A stretch of DNA of 64,000 nucleotides. Source: Mobula hypostoma. Lineage: Eukaryota. Of this stretch, positions 24,099-36,000 are shown piece by piece. The translations under genes were made by a program, and so were the position numbers. Within the stretch, counting starts at the first letter, position 1; each line of letters starts with the position of its first letter. Below the pieces are notes generated by a model that searched no databases, had not been told where the DNA came from, and saw nothing but the letters and a program-made list of their open reading frames with translations. The DNA lies in NCBI RefSeq assembly GCF_963921235.1, contig NC_086107.1, positions 95,916,001 through 95,980,000 on the forward strand, in the 5' to 3' direction.

Positions 24099-27000
24099 GT
24101 AAGTGCCAGCCAGTTGTGTGGCGTTTCAGAGGCTTCACATGCATCTCTATGCCTACCGCTGTTACCATGGTAACTACAGCCATGGTAACTACAGCCATGG
24201 TTCCTGTAGTGACTACAGCCACTGCTGTCATGGTGGCTACAGCTTTGTCGTCATGGTAGCTACGTCTGTTCCCGCAGTAACTTCAACTGTATTATTCACT
24301 GCAGGGCAGGGACTTCCCGTCTACGACCCCGTGGCGACCTGCGGCCCAGCCCCAGAAGGACAACAGCCGGTAACCTCTCCACTCTACGACCAGGTGTATG
24401 AGCCTTGCCGGCTGAATCCATGGGTGTGTGAAGGAGGTGTCGGGGGCGGCGACCCTATCTACCTCAACAGCAACTCCATGCCTGTGGTCACTCCTTCCGC
24501 ACCTGCCGCCGAAAGCGGATTGGGGCTCAGCCCACACACTGGGGGCAAGGACTGCAGCAGTGTTGCTGAAAGTAGGAAGGCTTCAGACCCCCAAGCTGGG
24601 CAGCATTTCTCCGACACACCACCAGTGCCTCCACCCAGACTTCCCCGGCACAGGATAGCCCAAGGTGAGCTCCAGCACATAAACAGTGTTGTAACAGTGT
24701 TGTTGCTTCCTCATCCCAGCCGTTCCCTTGGTTACCGGGCCTCCCTCGCACCATCTTCCTCTGGCCCTTCTCTGTGAGTGGCGAAAGGTCCTCACTCTGC
24801 CCCCCCACCCCGCCCCATGGTATCCCTCCCCTTTCCTCTGCCTTCTTTCACTGCCCTGAATGTCCTCTCCTTTCTTATTCCTTCCTCCCTCTGGCTGTCA
24901 AGACACAGCCCCACACACGCCCACGTCGCCCCAGCAAGCAGGCAACGGGAGGCCAACTCCTGTACGCATTCACCTTCATAACCAGAAGGTAGGATGCAGG
25001 AGTTGGGAAGATCCACTATACCTCGAGTGTGAGTCACCTGAAACAGGGTGTGCTTGTTCCAGAGGGAGTCATCCCTCGACAGCTTCCTGCGGCATGGAAC
25101 TGCCGTTGTGATATCTGTTGTGTATTTAAGTGCTATTTGAGTAATCTTGCAAATCTGTTGTTGATTAAGGATTTCTGTTCAGTTAATTAATTATGGGTTA
25201 CGTGTGAAATACATTAATTGCATACGTCATTACACTACCATGTGATACATGCGCGCCTCGCTGAAAGTAACACCCGTATTTCGGACTACCGTGTCGTCTT
25301 TGAAGTAAATTAATGTTTTGAAGTTACAAAACATAATAATTTCCATCTTGGGTTTCTGGCATTTAGGAAAGTCAAGTGTCATGGGGATCATGCAGGATCA
25401 GAAAGGACCAAGCACTCCACCTAGCTCATGGTCTACATAGAACTGGACTAACCGGCCAATGATATCATTTCTCCCCCTCCCCACTTTTAAATAGCGTAGT
25501 ACTCATCTGAGATGTTTTGTTCTCCATGGCTGCTGCCTGACCGGTTGCTTATTTTCAGAATTTTCTGTTTTAACGAACACACCTGGAAACTTGTTAATTT
25601 CTTCCTTGTGAATCCCATTTTCCTTGATAAAGACCCAGAGGCCTATCGGCTCAGCCTGTTCATGCCAACAAGATGTTGGTCTCAGCTAGTCCCATTTGGC
25701 TCATAATGACCTAAACCTTATTGAGGTTATTATTTGATAAATCTTTGTACACCGTCAGGTTCAATATCAATGCTACGTTGCTGCTGCCTCACCCCAGTGG
25801 CTCAAAGGTTCAATTTAATATCAGGGAATGGATACAGCCTGAAATCCTTACTCTTCACAGGCGTCCACAAAACAGAAGAAAGCCTCAAAGAATGAATGAC
25901 AGAAAACGTTAGAACCCCTAAGCCCCACCTCCCCCCCACGTGTAAGCAGCAGCAAAAAGATCAATCCTTCCCCCCCCCCCCCACTTGCTCCAGCAACGGC
26001 ATCGCCACCCCCTCTACCATGCAAGCAATAGTAAAGCCCCCAGGGACCATAATCTAGTGTCCCTCAAAAACTATTGTCCATCCCAACACTTCGACATCTC
26101 AGACAGGCTCTCTCACTCACGAGCCCCCGACTCAAAGGCCGACAGACTCTCACTCACCGAGAGAGAGTGAGTGTATGGGGGCCTTCTTTCAATAGCAGTG
26201 TACACTTCTGTCTCGAAGTTTCAATCTTCCCCCCCCCCCCGATGCTTCAGTCGGCAACACCGGTGAGGAATTGGATCGTCTGCAGGGCTTCACCCAGAAG
26301 ACTCACGTCTTTTAGGCCTTACCTGAAGATGTTGAACGCCAGGCCACTTGCCGAGATCCGAGAGTAAGAACCCAGCACACATGAAGAACAGTAGTTTGAG
26401 TGCAGCTATAAATTACAGACTCCAACAGGCATTTTCCTACAGGCACCCATCCGATGGAATCCGTTGACGTTCCAGCAACTTGCTGTGTTCAGCCTGCAGG
26501 CTGACTGTCTTGTAGTCTGACCTCAGCGATGGCCCTCGAATCATTCCCTCCATATTGTTACCACCATAATTCAGTGTATCTTGTACACTCTGTTAGCACG
26601 ACACTATTACACCTCCAGATGTTCTGGAGTTCAGAGTTCAATTCCAGCACCGTCTGTAAGGAGTTTGTACATTCTCCCCGTGAACCGTGAATGTTTTCTC
26701 CGGGTGTTCTGGTTTCTTCCCACAGTCCAAAGGCCTTCTGGTTAGTAGGTTAATTGGCCATTGTAAATTGTCCTGTGATTAGGCTGGTGTTATATCAGTG
26801 GGTTGCTGGGTGGTGAGGCTCGGGTGATCAGAAGGGCCAGTTTCGTGCAGTATCTCCAAATTAAAATCAAATAAATCACCACTTCAATTCAATTTACCGC
26901 AAATTCAGGATAGACAGTGGTGAAAAAGGCATTTCGCGTACTGGCCTTTATCAATCAGGGCACTGTGAGTCCTGAGGAAGAGTCTCAGCCCATAACATTT

Positions 27001-30000
27001 CAATAGGTGCTGCCTGCCCTGCTGAGCACAGGAACAGGCCATTCGGCCCACAATGTTGTGCTGAACCAGCTAAAAAGCAAATCAAAACACCCAAACACTA
27101 ATCCCTCCTACGTACACCATGTCCATATCCCTCTATCTTTATTACACCCATGTGCCTATTCAAACACCTCTTAAAAGCCTCTACCGCTGTACCAGGCAGC
27201 ACATTCCAGACATCCCCTACTCTGAGTAAAAAATTTACCCCTCACATCCCCCTTGAACCTACCACCTCTCACCTTCAATGCATGTCCTCCGGTATTATAC
27301 ATTTCAACCCGAGGAAATGATATTCTCTGTCCACTCTATCTATGCCTCTCATAATCTTATAAACTTCTATCAGATCTCCCCTCAGCCTCCGATGCTCCAG
27401 AGAAAACAACCCAAGTTTATCCAGCCTCTCGTGATAGCTCATGCCCTCCAAACCAGGCAGCATCCTGGTAAACCTCTCCACACCTTCTCCAAAGCCTCAA
27501 CATCCTTCCTACAGTGGGGTGACCAGAACTGTACACAAAACTCCACATGTGGCCTCACCAGAGTTTTATAAAGTTGCAACATAACCTCCTGACTTTTGAA
27601 CTCAGTGCCTCAACTACTAAAAGCAAGCATTCAATAAGCCTTCTTAACCAACTTATCGACCTTGTCCTTAACAGTGTACGGTCTCCTTGCATCTTCCCTA
27701 CCGAGGTGCAACACCTCACATTTATCTGGGTTAAGCTCCGCTTGCCATTTCTCAGCCCATATCTGCAACCAATCTATATGGTGCTGTGTTCTTTGCCAGT
27801 CACAACTCCACCCACAACTCCACCAATCTTGGTATCATCTGCAAATTTACTAACCTACTCATTTACATTTTCATCCAGGTCATTTATATATATCACAAAC
27901 AGCAGAGGTCCCAGCACAGATCCCTGTGGAACACCACTAATTACAGACCTCCAGCTTGAATAAGCCCCTTCACCCACTATCCTCTATATTCTATGTGCAA
28001 GCTAGTTCTGAATCCAAACAACCAATTTGCTGTAGACCCCAGGCATCTTGACCTTCAGGATTAGCCTCCCATGAGGGACTTTGTCAAATGCCTTACTAAA
28101 ATTCATGCAGACAACATCCACTGCTCTACCTTCATCAATCTTTCATCACCTTTTCAAGAAACTCAATCAAGTTGGTAAGACCTGACCTGCCCCACACAAA
28201 GTCATGCTGCCTCTCCCTAATTAGCCCAAGGGTTTCCAAATGCTCATATATTCTATCTCCAAGAACTTTCTCCAGAAATTTCCCAACAACTGACGTGAGA
28301 CTCGCCAGTCTAGTTTCCAGGATTTTTCGTTGTTCCCTTCTTTAATTAGAGGTACAACATTAGCTATTTGCCGGTCCTCCGGGACCTCACCTGTAGGTAG
28401 AAAGGACATGAAGATACTGGTCAAGGGCCCAGCAATCTTGTCTCTTGGATCTTTCAATAACCTGAGGTAAATCCCATCAGGCCCTGGGGATTTATCCACC
28501 TCAATGCTCATTAGGAGGTCCAACACTTCCTCCTCCTTGACCTGTAAACAGCCTAACATATTTATACACTCAGCACTGATCTCATAATCCTCTATATCCT
28601 TTTCCTTGGTAAATACTGAAGTAAAGTACTCATTAAGTACCTCACTCACATTCTCAGCGTCCAAGTAAATGTTCCTCCCTTTATCGTTGAGAGGCCCCCA
28701 ACCTCTCCCAAATTATCCTTTTACTCTTGATGTGTGTACAAAATGCCTTGGGATTTACTTTAATCCAACTTGCCAAAGGCTTTTCATGGCCCCTCCTGGC
28801 TTTCTAATTCCCTCCTTTAGTTCTTTTCTGGTTTCTTTATACACCTCACATGTTTTGTTTGATCCTGACTTCTGAAACTTTACATGCATTTCGAGTGTGT
28901 ACCCTTGTGCAGGAGTTGGGACCTTGTGTTGTAGTTGTCCGAGTCACCGGTGAGGCTGTATAGAGTTGTATTAAAGATGTGCTCAAACTGGAAAGACTGC
29001 GGGGAAAGTTTATGAGGATGCAGCGTCCTGAGTTACAGGACAGGTCTTTATTCCTTGGAACACAGAGGAATAAGGGGCAACCTTGCAAAAGTTATGAAGT
29101 TTGAAATTATGAGAGTTTTAGGCAAGGTGGATGGTAAAAGTCTTTTCCTCAGGGTCAGGGGAGTCCAAGACTAGAGGTACAGATTTAGGGTGAGAGGAGA
29201 AAGGTTTAAAAGGAACCTGAGGGACAAACATTTCATGCAGGGGGTGGTGAGCATGTGGAATAAGCTGCCAGAGGAAATGGTTGAAGCAGGGTACATGGAG
29301 GAGCAGGGTTTAGAGGCATATTGTATGGCCAAATACAGAAAATTGGGTCTAACTGGGAGGAGACCATGATTGAACTAAAGGGCCTAAATATGTATTGTTT
29401 AATTGGTGCTGTTTGCTGTATTACTGTAAGTCTCTCACTCTCTTTCTGCACCAGTACTCGGATTACATTTCTCATTTCATTCGTATTCCCTCTACTTCTG
29501 GTGCCTAAAGCTGTCTACCTGTGAGCCTTTCCTCTGGTGTTTGTTTTAGATCTCTCCCTGTTGAACAAGTTGGGTCTTTATTCTTTGGAATGTAGAAGGT
29601 TGAGGGAGGACTTGAGGGAGGTATTTAAAATTATGAGGGGGATAGATAGAGTTGATGTGGATAGGCTTTTTCCATTGAGAGTGGGGGAGATTCAAACAAG
29701 AGGACATGAGTTGAGAGTTAGAGGGCAAAAGTTTAGGGGTAACATGAGGGGGAACTTCTTTACTCAGAGAGTGGTAGCTGTGTGGAATGAGCTTCCAGCA
29801 GAAGTGGTTGAGGCAGGTTCGATGTTGTCATTTAAAGTTAAATTGGATAGATATATGGACAGGGAAGGAATGGAGGGTTATGGGCTGAGTGCAGGTCGGT
29901 GGGACTAGGTGAGAGTAAACGTTCTAGAGGAGCCGAGATGGCCTGTTTCTGTGCTGTAATTGTTAGATAGTTATATGTTGTAATGCTTCCACTCCCAGTC

Positions 30001-33000
30001 TAAAGTCCTTCCGATCCACGCCATCTGCCTTCCCATAAGGACTATTGCAGAGCGAGTGCAGCTCTCTCTTCCAGTCCTGCTACAGGTAGAGCAACACAGT
30101 GGTGTGAGGGGTCGTGCTGCTACCTCACAACTCCAGAGACCACACTTCGATCCCGCACTCGGGTGCTGTCTATGTGGAGTTTGCACGCTCTCCCTATGGC
30201 CATCTGGGTCCCCCCACCCCCGGAGTGCTTTGGTTTCCCAATGATGTGCAGGTCGGTGGATTAATTTATTCATTTATGGGATGTGGGCTTCGCCAGCTAA
30301 GCCAGCATTTATTGCCCATCCCTATTTTAAGAGTCAACCATTGCTGTGGGTCTGGGCCAGACCAGCTGAGGACGGCAGGATTCCTCCCCTAAAGGACATT
30401 GGTGAACCAGATGGATTTTTATGACAATTGACAACTGAGATTTTTTTAATTGAATTCAAATTCACCATCTGCCCTGGTGGGATTTGAACTCATGTCCCCA
30501 GCATATAACTGGGTCTCTGGATGACTGATCCGGTGGCGATTCCCACTACGCCAGATCTCCCCACTAGGTGAGGGTACCGACGGGAATAAAGTGGGCTCGG
30601 GTGGCTCGGTGTAAATGGGTGATTGATGAACAGTATGGACTCAGTGGGCCGAAGGGCCTGTGACCTTGAAGTCAGAAATTCGGTGTGAACCTCCTGGGAA
30701 AAACATTTCCTCTTGGAGAGTCTCGCTCAGTGCAGTGGGGAGGGTTCAGCCTCTCCTCAGTGCACAGCTCGCTCTCTGTAGCCAAGGTCAGCATCCCTCC
30801 CTCATTATAATCATTTAACATTTACTGTCTCACTTGTATTTCAGAAAGGACCCATTTAATCAGCATCAATTGGTTGATTGTAATTTTGAAGCTCAACGGC
30901 GTTAATGTAAACAGGACATAATCCCCTTCTCCTTCATCCCGGAATCCCACTCCATCTCTATTCCCAACATCTCTGTGCCCAGGAACTCTCACCGTCTCAG
31001 GCACTCTGGCCGCTTCCCTGGCTGAGGAATGGGTTTCACCACCCACACTATCCACCCCCTCGTCTCAGTGTGGCACCCAGAGTCAGGGGCCTGAGGCCAG
31101 GGCCTCTCCCCAGAGCAGCTCCCCCTAAGGGTGGGAGGGGTTAGGGACTGGGGGTTGGGGGCGGCGAGAGGCACTTGGAGGGGAGTGGTGTGTAGGGGGT
31201 GTTTGTATGTGGAGGGGGAGATGTGTGGGGTTGTGAGCTGGGGGGATGGGTCGTGAGGGGTACGTGGGTGAGTGGTGTGTGGTCGGGAGTGCAGGGTTGG
31301 GTGGAGCGGGGTTTGCTGAGGCGGTGTGTAAGTGTCCTGTGCAGGTGAGATTGACTCCCTCCCTCACTGTGTTCCAGGTGTGCCGCCTCCCCTCCCGCCC
31401 AGGCCTCCCAACATGAAGAAGGCGGCTGAGTACCTGGAGGTGCTGGAGTCGAGCCCTGGCCCGTGGACCGCCCCAGGAGCCAGGCCCCCGGCGTCCGCAC
31501 CCCCTCTGCCAGATAGACGTGAGTCAGGGTGGAGTACGGCTGCTTGTTTGCTCAGCATTCCTTCGTGCACTGGGGTGCAGGCACTTTGGGAACTCAGCAG
31601 GCCAGCCAGCATCTGCGGAAAAGAGTACAGTTGACGTTTCGGGCCGAGACCCTTCAGCAGGACTTTGGGTGGTCGGTGAGGGAACTACGTTGCCTTGGTC
31701 CCAGATCTATCCTCCCAGAGGGAGAGACCACGACCTCTGCTCTCGGAAATGGCCCCATGGTTCCAGGCACTGGGCATGATGGCAGTCGGGACAGCTCCCA
31801 CAACTCAAACTGGCTCTATGGACCCTGGAACAAGGAAGCCTCACCATTCCCTGTCCATGGATCCTCTGGACGTGGGACAGTTCGGCCACCCACCAACCTT
31901 CTCCCTCCTCTGGTCTGGCCTACCACTTGCCAGCTCAAACTTCTTCCTTCCTCCACCCCCGCCCACCCTTTTATTCTGCCTTCTTTTCCCTTCCTTTCCA
32001 GTCCTGATGAAGAGCCTCGGCCTGAAACAACCCCTCCAGAGATGCTGCCTAACTTGCTGAGTTCCTCCAGCATTTTGTGTGTGTGTAGCTCTGGAAGAGG
32101 CCCTTCAGCCCATTGTGTCTGTGTGGACCGCGACACACCAAATTAAACTGGACCTTTCCGCACTCACCAGCTGTGAGATGGATAGCAGGGAGGCTGGGGA
32201 GGTGGCGTGTGGGTGGTGGGAGGTGGAGAGGGAGAACTTTACACTCCACCAGCAACACTCCTGTGTGGAACAGGATAGTAAAGTCAGCGAGAGGGTCAGG
32301 GATCTTCCAGAGGAGGTGTTCCCTCTCACTGACACTAAGGCTCTTCCAGTCCGTGAACTGCCCTCTCACCTTTCCTTCCCTCTGGATGTTCATCCAATTG
32401 TCCTTGGAAAGCTCCCTCCAACCCACTTCTGCCACTCCTTGTAGTCGCTTGCTGCAGACTACAATTTGTACAATGAAAGGAAAAGTCTCCTCTTCCCCTC
32501 TGTCTTTTGCTCTGTTCCCTGCCACTGGAAACACAATTTCCCCACCCCTTTACCTGCCACACCTGCTCACACTTCAGGCCACCTCCCCTGAACCACAGCT
32601 CATCGTCTTGCCGGGACAGACGTCGCCAAAGCCAAGGCACTCTGGTCAACTCCCTCTGCACTCTGTCCAGGATGGCAATGCCCTTCCCGAAGTGCAGAGC
32701 CCAGCAACCAGTGATGGCCCTGGGGCCAATGATGGTCAATGCTCCTGTGATGGCCATAGTGTTTCCAACGCCTGAGCTGGTGCTTAACCAGACACAGTTA
32801 TGGGTCTCAGCCTGAAACGTCAACTGTGCTCTTTTCCTTAGATGCTGCCTGGCCTGCTGAGTTCCTCCAGCATTTTGTGTGTGTTACTTAGTAACGTTTA
32901 GCATTATTTCCATACTTCAGTGTTTTAGAAAGTCCAGAACGCCTGGAGCTAATCTACCTGAGATCCAGCTCCTGGGCTTCCAGCTTCTCTGGATCAGTGC

Positions 33001-36000
33001 GGCCTCTCCTGATTCGCCCTCTCACTGTATTAGGTTTCAACGTTGTGTGTCTGCCCACTTCACCAGCCTGCCAACGCCCGTGAATTCCGCTGCTGTCAGA
33101 ATCAGGTTTATTATCACTCTCTCGTACGGCGCAAAATGGCTTGCTTCCTGGAAGCAGGACGAACAACAACGATAAAGTTTAAAATAAATGAATAGTGTGC
33201 AAGGAAGGGAATAATGAGGTGGTGTTCGTGGACTGTTCAGAAATCTAATGCTGGAGGGGAAGAAGCTGTTTCTGTAATGATAGATGCCGCCTTCTTGAGG
33301 CACTGTCTCTTGAAGGTGTCATTGATGGTGAGGTGGGTTATGCCCATGATTGAGGAGACTGAGTCTATAACCCTGTCAACCTCTTGCTGTCCTGTGCATT
33401 TGGAGCCACCATTATTGGCAAGGAAGCAACCAGTTGGAATGCTATCTATGGTTCCTCTGTAGAAATCTGCGAGTCTTTGTTGACATACTAAATGTCCCCA
33501 AGCTCCTGATGGAATAGTCACGAACCTGCTGACTTCATGATTGCATTGATATGCTAGGGATATGCTCAGCTCAGGAGAGATCCTCTGCAATACTTACGCC
33601 CAGGAACTTGAAGCTGCTCACCATTTCCATTGCTGACTCCCCAGTAAGGACTGTGACGTGTTCTCTCTGCTCTGCCCTTCCTGAAGTCTTCCAGACGCCA
33701 CTAGTTACAGTGTCACCACAAATGATGTTCCATCGCTCTTATCAGAGTGGGTGCTGGTCTCAGCACAAGCCTCTGAGCAACTTTGGAATTGGTTCATTAT
33801 TGTCATGTGTTTTTGAAGAACTTCTCTCGCACACTATTCATACCGATCAATTCATTACGCAGTGCTTTGATCTTCTGCCCTCAGTCCATTCCCTGCAGTA
33901 AATGACAAGCAAAGGTTGCAAATACTGGAAATATGAAGGAGAAACCAACTGCTGAAACCCTCAGCGGGTCGGGCAGCATCCGCAGAGGGAGGAACATTGT
34001 TAAAAGTCTCTTCTGGCCGTCGGAACAGTAACTCAGTTACTATCTCCACAGAAGCTGCCTTGGGTTTCAACATATCCTGTGTTTAGTTGACCTAACACAT
34101 TTGAACTCAATCTCCCACCCAAACACCACTGGTCCCCATCATTCCCTCATCGCCAATATTGCCAACTATCTTCATGTGTATCAAATACCACCTGCCCAGC
34201 AATCTTGTCACCCTGAACCCTCTGCGGCTTCATTTAAGAACTGAGAGTTCCCAGTCAGATCATTCCATTATACCAGTCAGATCAAATGCTAATTGTTTAC
34301 TTGTTCTCCAGGACTCCTTTGCCTGGAGGCAGTGATCTAACTTTCCCTTGTAACACACACAAAAAATGCTGGCCCGAAACGTCGACTGTACCTCTTCCTA
34401 TAGATGCTGCTTGGCCTGCTGCGTTCCCCAGCAGTCTTTGTGTGTATTGCTTGAATTGCCAGAATCTGCAGATTTCCTCGTGTTAACTTTCCCTTGTGTT
34501 TTCCACAGCAGCTCTGACTCCCAAAGCCCAGGAGTTAACTGAGAATACCAATGTGGTGCTGGTGAATTTGGGAAAACTGGTCGACATCAAGGATGGTAAG
34601 CTTTGCTGATTCCACAGCTGATCATCGCTCTCTGCTATGGGGTTTTAGGGGCCTGTTGACGGGGCAACTGCTCAACTCCTCCATTTCCCACCCCACCCGC
34701 TGCCACGGGAAACCCCTTCTCTCACTTCAACCACCTGTGAACTCACAGAAATGTCATCAGGATGAAAGATCATTGACCTGAAACGTTAATTGTCCACCTC
34801 TTTCCACAGGTACTGCAGAGTTTCAGGGGACGGTGTGTGTGTGGGGGGGGGGTTTGAGGGGACAGTGTGTGTGTGGGGGGTTTGAGGGGAAGGTGTGTGT
34901 GGGGGGGGGTGGTTTGAGGGGACGGTGTATGTGTGGGGGGGTTTGAGGGGACAGTATGTGTGTGGGGGGTGGTTTGAGGGGACGGTGTGTGGGGGGGGTT
35001 GAGGGGACAGTGTGTGTGGGGGGTGGTTTGAGGGGAAGGTGTGTGTGGGGGGGGTGGTTTGAGGGGACGGTGTATGTGTGGGGGGGTTTGAGGGGACAGT
35101 ATGTGTGTGGGGGGTGGTTTGAGGGGACGGTGTGTGTGTGTGGGGGTTTGAGGGGACAGTTTGTGGGGGAGTTTGTGGGGACGGTGTGTGCGGGGGGGTT
35201 TGAGGAGACAGTGTGTGTGGGGGGGTTTGAGGGGACGGTGTGTGTGTGTGGGGGGGTTTGAGGGGACGGTGTGTGTGTGGGGGGAGTTGAGGGGACGATG
35301 TGTGTGGGGGGGGTTTGAGGGGACGGTGTTTGGGGGATTTGAGGGGACGGTGTGTTGGGGGGTTTGAGGGGAAGGTGTGTGTGGGGGGGTTTGAGGGGAC
35401 GGTCTGTGTGTGGGGACGGTGTGTGTGTGGGAGTTTGTGGGGATGGTGTGTGTGGGGGGGTTTGAGGAGACAATGTGTGTGGGGGGGGTTTGAGGGGACG
35501 GTGTGTGTGTGGGGGGGTTTGAGGGGACGGTGTGTGTGTGGGGGGGGTTTGAGGGAACAGTTTGTGGGGAGGTTTGAGGGAACAGTGTGTGGGGGGTTTG
35601 AGGGGACGGTCTGTGTGGGGGAGTTGAAGGGGACGGTGTGTGTGGGGGCGGGTTTGAGGGGAAGGTGTGTGTGTGGGGTGAGTTTGAGGGGACGGTGTGT
35701 GTGGGGGAGGGGGTTTGAGGGGACGGTCTGTCTGTGGGGGGGTTTGAGGAGACAGTGTGTGTGGGGGGGTTTGAGGGGACAGTGTGTGTGTGGGGGAGTT
35801 TGAGGGGACGGTGTGTGTGTGGGGGAGTTTAAGGGGACGGTGTGTGTGTGGGGGCTTTGAGGAGACAGTGTGTGTGGGGGGGGTTTGAGGGGACGGTGTG
35901 TGTGTGTGTGGGGGGGTTTGAGGGGACGGTGTGTGGGGGGGGTTTGAAGGGACAGTCTTGGTGCGGGGCGGGTGTTTGAACGGACACTGTCGGTATGGGG

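Noticed and set aside
26443..26500. Candidate extra phase-1 exon after ttttcctacag
   Set aside because: No GT donor before an in-frame TGA; only a poor GC site
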